Positions 50,490 through 60,700 of a stretch of 60,700 bases of DNA are shown one piece after another; position 1 is the first letter of the stretch, and every line of letters starts with the position of its first letter. The notes beneath the pieces were generated by a model, which searched no databases, had not been told where the DNA came from, and saw only the letters and a list, made by a program, of their open reading frames with translations. The DNA is taken from the NCBI RefSeq assembly GCF_004010195.1, contig NC_057719.1, positions 4,619,464-4,680,163 of the forward strand, read 5' to 3'. This DNA is from Chiloscyllium plagiosum (Eukaryota). A program made the translations under genes and the position numbers.

Positions 50490-52270
50490 AAAGTAAGGCA
50501 GCTAATTCTGCACATAAAAGTAGGTAGGAAAGCATGAAGATGACATAAGGAAGGTGTAGACAAATGTACACAGGTTGAGTAAACAGACAAAAATCTGGCA
50601 GATGAAGTACAATATGGGAAAATGTAAAGTTGTTGACTTTGGCAGATCATTATTTAAATGGAGAAAGACTGCTGAATTCTAAAGTGCAGAAGGATCTAAG
50701 TGTTTGAGTGTACCCATCACAACAGTGGTAGTGTCCCTGCCCCAGATCAGAGACACCTTGGTTCAAGTCCGACCTGCTCCAGAGGTGTGTAATAACATCC
50801 CTGAACAGGCTGATTAGGTAAATAGGTTTTAAAAAGGCAGTATCCCCAGCACAAAAAAAATTAAGAAGGCTAATGGAATGCTATTGATAAGATGAATTGA
50901 ACATAAAAGTAAGGACATTACACTTCAGTTATTCAGGGTATTGGTGACATAACATCTCAGATATTACGCAGTTTTGGTCTCCTTTGTTCAGATAAAAAAG
51001 TAAATATATTGGATGCGGTTCAGATAAGGTTGATATTTGGATTGGAATTATGTTTGACAAACCTGAGTGGAGTTTTTTTGAGGACATTAGTATAGAATTA
51101 ATAAAGGAGAATTAGTGGGTGAAGTATACTTGGATTTTCAGAAGCTTTTGAGAAATTGCAGGAAATTGACAAGTAGAATTAAGCAAGTGGAAGGCAAGAT
51201 ACTAGCATGGATTAAGAATTGGCTAATGGGCAAAAGCAGAGTAGGAATGAAGGGTCATTTTCATGTAGGCAAGCTCCAGACTAGTGGGGTAATGCAAAGA
51301 TCAGTACTTAGTTCCTTATGGGGACTAAATGTGATGCTTCCTAGTTTGTAGCTAATATAAAGTTAGCACAAAGAATGAAAGCAGCTTCATTTTGAACTGA
51401 CATGATGAGTGGGCAAGAACAAGGCAAATGGAATGTAATGCAAAAAAATGTGAGGTTATCCACGTTGGTAGGAGAAACTGATATGTAGAGTATTAAGTCT
51501 TAAATGGCAAGAGATGGGAGAGTGTAGACGTAAAAAAGGATGAGATTCACATCAATAAATGAAGGCTTACATGAGTATGCAGCAAACTCTACGAGTGTCT
51601 ACAAAAATAAAGGTTGACCTATTTGAAATATATAAATACTCTAAATAGTCTTGACAAGGGGTATATGGAAGGATGGTTCCTCTTCTGAATTAGTCCAGAT
51701 GTTGAGGTAGTGGGGCAGTGTTTAAAATTTAGGGGTTGTCTTTTTAGGACAGAGATGAGAATGATACTTTTCTCCCATCGACTTATGTAACTATGTCACT
51801 ATCCCAGAAGGCAATGAAAAGTAAATCATTGAATATTTTTAAGGCAGGTAAGACCATAAGACAGAGGAACAGAAGTGGACTATATGGAATCATGGCTAAT
51901 CTGACAACCCTCAACTCCACTTTCCTATCTTTTCCTCATAACCCTTCATCCCTTTACTGATTAAAAATCTAACTCAGCTTTAAACATACTTAATTACTGA
52001 GCCTTAAAAAACCTTTGCAGGATAGAATTCACCATCCTCTGAGAGAAAACAAAATCCTCAGCTGTCTTCAATGAATAGTTCTTTACTCTGACATTATGCC
52101 CTCTGGTCCAGACCCTCTACAAGGGGATCAAAATCTCTCAGCATCTACTTGTCAAGCCTGGAAGTATCTTACATGTTCCAATATAGTCTCCTTTCATTCT
52201 CCAAAACTTCAATGAGTACAAGACCAATCTACTCATAGGAACATCCCTCCTTACCAGGAACCAACCTAGA
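50490..52270. mobile_element. Cluster of old CR1 fragments (+ strand ~50490-51850, - strand ~51850-52270)
   Basis: VYLDFQK, LAWIKNWL, TSGVMQRSVL; decayed 3' ends. Confidence 0.65.
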
Positions 52271-52329
52271 AACGTGTCTCAGTGTACACAGTTATTTAGA
52301 TGGTCTATAGGATATTTTGATGTTGACTC

Positions 52330-55303
52330 ATTGACCTCTCAGTACAGGGATATTTAAACGGTCACTTGCTGACTTGATTCCTTCAGTATAGTGAGGTCTG
52401 ATGACACCCGCATCATTGAGACTGCTTGATGGTCACTCATTCACTTACTAAATCCCAATGGTCAAATGCACTGACTGACTCCTCAGCACAGCACCCTCCT
52501 GTTGGTCACTCACTGACCCCTAATCACAACACCCTCTTTCTTGATAGTCACTCACTCACTAACCTCTCATCACAGGATCTTCCCAATAGTCACACACTGA
52601 CCCCTCCACACAGGAGATTATTGGTGGTCATTCATTTACAGACCATTCAGCACAATGATCCTCCCAATGATTACTCATTGATCCTTCAACACAAGGTCCT
52701 CTTAATGGTTACTCAATCATGACACCTGTCAGCAGAGGTACCTGCCAATAGTCACACTAACATGACGCCTCAGCCCACGGTCCCTTCAGTGGCCACTCAC
52801 TGACCCCTAAGCATAGTGCTGCTTCCAATGATCACTCACTGGATACTTCCCTCAACACTGGATACTTCTGATGCTCAGTTACTGGCTGATCCCTCAGCAC
52901 TGGACTTTCCCGGGGGTTCTGTGACTTACCTCTTAGCACTGGGTCTTCCCACTGATCGTTCACTGACTGACCCCTCAGCAATAGGTGCTTGCTATGGTGC
53001 CTCATTGATTGAACCCTCAGCATTGAACCCTCAGCATAGGGTCCTCTTGATGGTCACCCTCACTGATCCTCACTGCTAGGTCCTCTCAATGGTCACTGAT
53101 TGATCAAGCCCTCAGCAGAGGATCCTCTTCATGATCACTCGCAGATTCCTCATACAGTGGGCCATCCTGATGGTCACTCACACAGCAAACCATACCGTGG
53201 TCATTCATTGACTGACCGCTCATACACTGATCCCTCCTAGTGATCACTCAATGCCTGACCCCTCACACAGTGGTCATTCAGTGACCCTTCAGTGAGGTCA
53301 TCTCAGTGGTCACTCACTGACTGACTGGACTCTCACACAATAGGCATTTCTGTGATCACTCACTGGCAGACCCTTCACCCAGAAGGCCATCCAGTGGTCA
53401 CTCACTCACCCTTCACACAAAGATCTCTCCCAGTGGCCACTCATTGACTGCTCCCTCACACAGTGGGCCATCGCTGTGATCACTCACTGACTGACCCCTC
53501 AAATGGTGGTCATGGACTGACTGACCCCTCAGATGGTGGACATCCTGGTGGTCACTCACTGACTGACCAGTCACACAAAAATCACTCCCAGTGGTCATTC
53601 TGACTGACCCATCACACAGTGGTCCTCCTGGTGATCATTCACTGACTGACCCATCACATGGTAGTCTTCAAAGTGGTTACTCACTGACTGACCCCTCACA
53701 CAGTGGATTACTACCTGACTGACCCATCACATTATGGTGCCTCCAAGTGGTCACTCTGATCCGTCACACAGTGGTCCTCCTGGTGATCACTCACTGACTG
53801 ACACCTCACAGAGCGATCACTTTGGCTGACCAGTGGCCATTCACCAACTGACCCCCTCCACATGGTGGTCTCCTGGTGGTCACTCACTGACTGACCCCTC
53901 ACAGAGTGGTCCCTCTCAACAATCACTCATTGATTCATGTGGTCCCTGTCGATGGTCACTCATCGACAGATCCTTCACATATTGTAACTCCTGGTGGTTA
54001 CTCACTATCTTGACCCCTCACATAGTGTTCAATACCTGACTGACCCCTTACACAGTGGTCTTCCCAGTGGTCGCTCACTGACTGACCCCTCACACAGTGG
54101 TCCCTCTCAGTGGTCACTCATTCATTGACCCCTGACAAGGTGGTCCCTGTCTACAGTCACTTATCAACACATCCCTTACACAGTGGTCCCCCCGGTGGTC
54201 CTCCTGATGGTCACTCACTGACTGCCTCTTCATATGGTGGTCACTACCTGACTGACCCCTCACATGGTAGTCCTCAATGGTCACTCACTGACTGACCCCT
54301 CACACAATAGTCCTTCTCAATGGTCACTCACTGACTGACCTCTCACACAGTGGTCTCTCTCAATGGTCACTGACTGACTGACGTCTCACACGGTGGTCCC
54401 TCTCAATGGTCACTCACTACTGACTTACTGACCCCTCACAAGATGATCCCTCTCAATGGTCACTACCTGACTGACCTCTCACATGGTAGTCCCTCTCAAT
54501 GGTCACTCACTGACTGACCTCTCATACAGTGGTCCCTCTCAATGGTCATTATCTGACTAACCTCTCACACAGTGGTCACTCACTGACTGACTGACCCCTC
54601 ACACAGTGATCCCTCTCAATGGTCACTCGCTGACTGACCCCTCACACGGTGATCCCTTTCAATGGTCACTCGCTGACTGACCCCTCACACAGTGGTCCCA
54701 CTCAATGGTGACTGACTGACCCCTCACACGGTGATCCCTCTCAATGGTGACTGACTGACCCCTCACACGGTGGTCCCTCTCAATGGTCACTCGCTGACTG
54801 ACCCCTCACACAGTGGTCCCACTCAATGGTGACTGACTGACCCCTCACACAGTGGTCTCACTCAATGGTGACTGACTGACCCCTCACACGGCAGTCCCTC
54901 TCAACGGTCACTCACTGACTCCACACAAGATGATCCCTTCAATGGTCACTACCTGACTGACCTCTCACATGCTAGTCCCTCTCAATGGTCACTCAATGAC
55001 TGACCCCTCATACAGTGGTCCCTCTCAATGGTAATTCACTGACTGACCCCTCACACTATGATCCCTCTCAATGGTCACTCGCTGAATGTCCCCTCACACA
55101 GTGGTCCCACTCAATGGTGCCTGACTGACCCCTCACACGATGAGCCCTCTCAATGGTCACTCGCTGACTGACCCCTCACACAGTGATCCCTCTCAATGGT
55201 CACTCGCTGACTGACCCCTCACACAGTGGTCCCACTCAATGGTGAATGACTGACCCCTCGCACGATGATCCCTCTCAATGGTCACTACCTGACTGACCCC
55301 TCA
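52330..55303. repeat. Minisatellite, ~38-43 bp unit (approx. TGGTCACTCACTGACTGACCCCTCACACAGTGGTCCCTCTCAA), roughly 70 units
   Basis: Directly visible tandem units, homogeneous at 54250-55300 and progressively degenerate leftwards. Confidence 0.95.
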
Positions 55304-55304
55304 G

Positions 55305-56209
<905 letters not shown>

Positions 56210-58774
56210 TAACAGCGTGTTATATCGGTGAGAAACTACAGGCCTCACTCCTCGACCCATGAATCTGGGACACTCTCTTGAGTTGTTGTGTTTGTAGCTG
56301 AGGTTGGAGCCTCGTTACTAGATCAGCGTTTTTTTTTACACATGAAATGACTTCTGCTTTTCTTTTTGGGCACTAAAGATCTCTCCTTTGCGCGGTACAA
56401 CTCGAAAGAAGTTTAGTCTTGTTACAAAGAGTTTATACCTATCCCTCATTAACCCTCGAGGGGGTTGTCCACCTGTTTTGTATTGGCCAGCTGTCCCCTG
56501 TAGGCAGTTCCGACTTTTTTCCAAAAGGAAAACATTCTGGCTGTACTTGATTGAACAATTTTTAAGTGCTGGAGAGACTTAGCAGGTCTGGCAACATCTG
56601 TGGAGAGAATCAGAGTTAACGTTTCGAGTCAGCGACTCTTCGTAATATTGATTGTGTGATTTCTAATGTTGATTTATTATTTGTAGAGAGGCACGATTAC
56701 TAGTGTTGTGGAAATGAAGAGAAAAAATTGAAATAAGAAAAATAGAGTTTATGCCTTTGGAGGAGTAGCTTTCCATCATTGTTGGACTTGTTTCAAAACA
56801 CATTGGAAGTTTTCATCCAGATGCCATCAGTACTGGAAAGAATTGATAACTTAGAATCATAAACTGTTACCACACAACACTTTTTATCCATTCGTCAAGT
56901 GATTTTAAAGAGCTGCAGTTCCATTTCCTGGCTCTTTAGATTCTGCTTCATAAACAAGTTTTGGGGCATATTACAATGCTACCTTTTCTTTAAATAATTT
57001 TATTCTCCAACTTTTCTCTGTCCTCATTTGTTCTCATTAATTAGTATATTTGGAGATTGGCTGATAACACTATTCTCTCTCACTTAGTTTGGCTTCTTTC
57101 CGGATCAGGGCGTTGCATGCTAGGCCAGTACCTGTTGCCTAGCTGCCTTGTCATTATAGGTCATAGAGGTTAAGGGTTGGAAAGTATTTTTAAGGGAATC
57201 TGGGTGAGATGCCATGCCAGTCAGTCAGGGCTCTTTGCCCTAGATGGAGTTGGGTTTTTGGGGCTGCCATTGTCCATGCACGTGGAGAGTGTTCCAATAC
57301 ACTCTTGATTTGTGTATTGTGGATAGTCTTTGGAGAATCAGGAGATGAGTTGCCAAACTCTTGCTTGTTGTTGCAGCCACTATAATTAAATGGGTGGAAC
57401 AAAGACAGACATTCCTGGAGAAATTCAAGTCTGGCAGCATTTGTGGAGAGAGAAAAACGGCGTTGGTGTTTTGAGTCCAGTGACTCTCATCAGAATTTCT
57501 AAAAAGTTGGACCAGTTTCTGGTCAATAGGAGATCCTGGAATGTTAGCAAAGCATTCATTATTGAGAGTGCCATTGAATGTCATGGCGAGATGGTTAAAT
57601 TTTGACCAGTTATATCCTGTTCTTGCTACACAGGTAACCAGTTTTTTATAACAACATTTTGAATCTCTCCTTGAGTGTGGCAGTATTGCTAGAAGAAGCT
57701 TCCTATTAATCACTTCGAAAGTGACAACAATCAAACTGCCTCTTAAGTAACTCTGAAATAAGAGGTATTATGATGGCCTTAACGGAAAAAAAAGGAAAAC
57801 AAAATCCAGCATTTCAGATCCCACTACTCTTGGGAAGCCATGTCTTATGTGCCCAAAGATCTGAGAATTGAAAATTGCCTTGCTCAAGTCACCAAGGCCC
57901 ACAGCAAAAATAAGTCAATGGTATCCTCAAATCGAAAGGTAGACAATAATAGTGATTATTTTGCCAGAGTTTTGTGTTTGATGTCATATTCCAAGGTAAT
58001 CAAATACTGTTTTGATCCTAAACTTGAGTATTGCTGAAAAGCTTTTTGTTATGCACTCATCAGGACAAAGGGAGAAAAGTAAAGAAAAAATAACATTTAT
58101 ACTGCATGAGAGTAAAATGTTGATTAGTTGGTTGACAAGTGGACTCCAATTGGTAGATCTGTTACCATGGAGAGTACATTGGCTAATGATGTCTAAAGGT
58201 TAATTGTTAATTTTTGTGTATGTTTTAAACGAAATAGGTTGACTTTCATTGGTAAAAGCATTGACCTGATGAATAAACCGTAAAATTCTGTTTGTTAATT
58301 TGTGGAATTGAAGAAGGAGCAGTGCAAGCATATGTCCTTTCTGTCTGCAAAGAATAGGGCCTTAAGTATTTATATATAGCATACAGCTTCTAGTACATTT
58401 GAAGTATGCCACAGTAAACCCAAAGGACAATTCTAAGTTGTTTGCAGGGTGGGGTGGTGGCAGTGGTATGGAGGATGACAACTAACTATTCTTCAACTCC
58501 AATTTCCCATCTAGTGTTCATTTTCTAATTGCCAGGTTAGTAAAGTTGGTTCATCTGGTACTATTCATAAAATCTAATAAATACCATATTATCTTGTTAA
58601 CAAAAGATTTATTTGATGATGGTTTTAAAGGTAGCAGCTTTCATTGTCCACTTTTTAAAGTTGGTTGCATCACCTTCACTTCAGCATCTTTGGGCAATGG
58701 TACTCTGTTTAGCAAACAAAAGTATCGCGTAACAGGCCTCCTCATTTCACTGTCCACATTTGGTTAATGTTTAG

Positions 58775-59275
58775 AAAGATTCATACAGCATAGAAACAGT
58801 CTTTTCAGCCCACAATGTATCTGCCAATCAACAAAGACCTAACTACAGTAATCCCATTTACCTGTACTTGGTCCACAGCTCACTATGTCCTGACATTTTA
58901 AGAACTCATCCGGTTGCTTAAATGTTGCAAGAATACTTGCCTCCACCAGCCTCTCAGGCAGCGTATTCCAAATACACGTACACACCTTCTGGGTGTAAAA
59001 TGTTTACTCAGATCTTCTCTAAAGCACTTGGTTCTCACCTTAATCTTGCATCTTAGACATGTCTGCCAAGGAGAAGAGATTCTTGTTCTTGATTATGTCT
59101 GTGTCTTTGTATACCTCAATCAAACCCACAGCTTTCTCTACGACAAGAAAAACAGCCCAGCCCTAACCAGTCTCTTTCCTCATAACTGAGACTTTGATCC
59201 TGGTGACCCTTCTTTGCACCATCTCCAGTGCAATCACATCCTTCTGCTCGTGTGGCAACCAAACTGCACACAGCC
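58775..59275 (-). mobile_element. Old CR1 3' fragment
   Basis: Resembles other CR1 3' UTR/ORF2 ends in the window. Confidence 0.65.
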
Positions 59276-59780
59276 CAACTTCTTCAAATCATCCCGCTTC
59301 CTTCAGACCAAAGGGGTAACCTGCAATGGCCCAGGTTATATCTGCCTCTTCATAGGATACGTGGAACAGACTATCTTCTGTAGTTACACCGCTACCATCC
59401 CCCACCTTTTCCTCTGTTACATTGATGACTGTGTCGGTGTCACCTTGTACTCCCATGAGGAGGTTGAACGATTCATCAATTTCACTGACGCCTTCCAACC
59501 TGACCTTAAATTGACCTGGATCATCTCAGACACCTCCGTCCCCTTCCGTCTCCATCTCTGGCGACAGACTCAACACAGACATCTATTTCAAACACCCCAA
59601 CTCCCACAGAAACCTGGACTACACCTCCTTCCACAGCCCCCCACAGCAGAATGAATTCACTTTACTATGCCCCCACAGTAAAAATGCAATTTCTTACTCC
59701 CAATTCCTCCACCTATGCCATATCTGCTCCCAGAAGAAGCAATTCCACTCCGAAACATCCCAGGTGGCCTCATAATTCAA
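59275..59780 (+). mobile_element. Penelope-like RT fragment
   Basis: FLQTKGV...GPGYICLFIGYVEQ..LFLCYIDDCVG; homologous to 38201-38632. Confidence 0.8.
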
Positions 59781-59819
59781 CGACTTTGGAAAAAAAAGTC
59801 AAAATAACAGTTTAAAAGG

Positions 59820-60260
59820 GAGAAGAGCAGACAAAGGAAGCACATGGTGAGGACAGTGCTGGAGAGAGAGAAAACCTGCAGTCACCGCCTTTGCTGTATG
59901 AATTCGTGTATCGCTGGACATCGGAGTGCATCTGGGAAAATTAACAAACAGTGAAATTCACAACTAATCTTGGAGGAGCTGTTGGGCAAAGTTCACAGCA
60001 CAGAATCAGATAAGTTAATTGTTTTAAGTCTGTCCAAGAGCGAGGCTGCAGTAGTGAGTATAGTGGATTCTTTCTTGATTATATGTTTTTGGAGATAAGT
60101 CTCATGATTAAACTTAAAATATAAGCCATAGCTATTAATTTAACCTGGGGCAGTGTTTGTAGAGGAATAAGACGGTGTTATTTTTTGGGACTGTAGATTG
60201 TGAAGGAACAAAAATGGCCTTTGTAGTGATATGTACTTCTTGTCAGATGTGGGAGTTTAA
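59820..60260 (+). mobile_element. Probable CR1 5' UTR and ORF1 start
   Basis: MAFVVICTSCQMWEF at ~60214 resembles the CR1 ORF1 N-terminal CxSCxMWE zinc motif. Confidence 0.55.
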
Positions 60261-60493
60261 ACATAGAACATAGAAGAATATAGCGCAGTACAGGCCCTTC
60301 GGCCCTCGATGTTGTGCCGATCCATGCCCACCTAACTACACTAGCCCACTATCCTCCATATGCCTATCCAATGCCCGCTTAAATGCCCATAATGAGGTAG
60401 AGTCCACCACTGCTACTGGCAGGGCATTCCATGAACTCACGACTCGCTGAGTAAAGAACCTACCCCTAACATCTGTCCTATACCTACCCCCCC
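60261..60493 (-). mobile_element. Young CR1 3' end
   Basis: Nearly the same sequence as 49803-50034 in opposite orientation; (TTCTATG)n tail. Confidence 0.9.
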
Positions 60494-60700
60494 ATTTATC
60501 AAGGCTTTAAGAATTACAAACCTCCCGTATTTGTCTTTAGCACATTCCAACAATTTAAATGAGAGATTTTTCCTAACGAATATAACCACTCCCCTACTTC
60601 TGGTATTAAATGATGAAAAATAAGCTCGGTCAAAGCCATTCTGCTGTAATTTCAGATGCTCCTTGTCATCCAAATGTGTCTCCTGTAACAAAGCAATATC
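60494..60700 (-). mobile_element. L1/Tx1-clade LINE AP-endonuclease fragment (continues beyond window)
   Basis: LQETHL...YFSSFNTRSRGVVIFVRK...DKYGRFVIL, stop-free. Confidence 0.85.

Noticed and set aside
52426..54295. ORFs such as MVTHSLT.. in the array
   Set aside because: By-products of the repeat; unit lengths vary and shift frame, and there are frequent TGA stops.
52330..55303. CRISPR-like array (repeat with polarity next to a leader)
   Set aside because: No unique spacers, since the whole unit is repeated; no cas genes; vertebrate context.

Overview
Vertebrate genomic DNA, almost certainly a shark. HE1-type tRNA-derived SINEs with (TAATC)n tails and dense CR1/HER1 LINEs point to an elasmobranch. 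Two host genes lie on the + strand. (1) The last five coding exons of an LRRC74A orthologue (4683-23323) splice in frame through LRR and EF-hand-like segments into a long coiled-coil/Ser-rich terminal exon. (2) The CpG-island promoter and first coding exon of PPP4R3A/SMEK1 (ATG 56003). The rest is mostly transposon debris: CR1, RTE, Rex1/Babar, Tx1/L1, Penelope-like elements, a Gypsy gag-pro relic, LTRs and Tigger-like MITEs. The most unusual features are: a ~3 kb, ~42-bp-unit minisatellite fused to the PPP4R3A promoter, with a polar decay gradient and relic outliers ~9 kb upstream; about ten minimal hammerhead-ribozyme motifs from several repeat families; an intronic LTR followed by a tRNA-Pro primer-binding site; a solo-LTR-like insert with a 12-bp flanking duplication; a SINE carrying 5' extra sequence; and an exact 96-bp exon-like duplication. 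Repeat boundaries are estimated by eye, and no database search was run.
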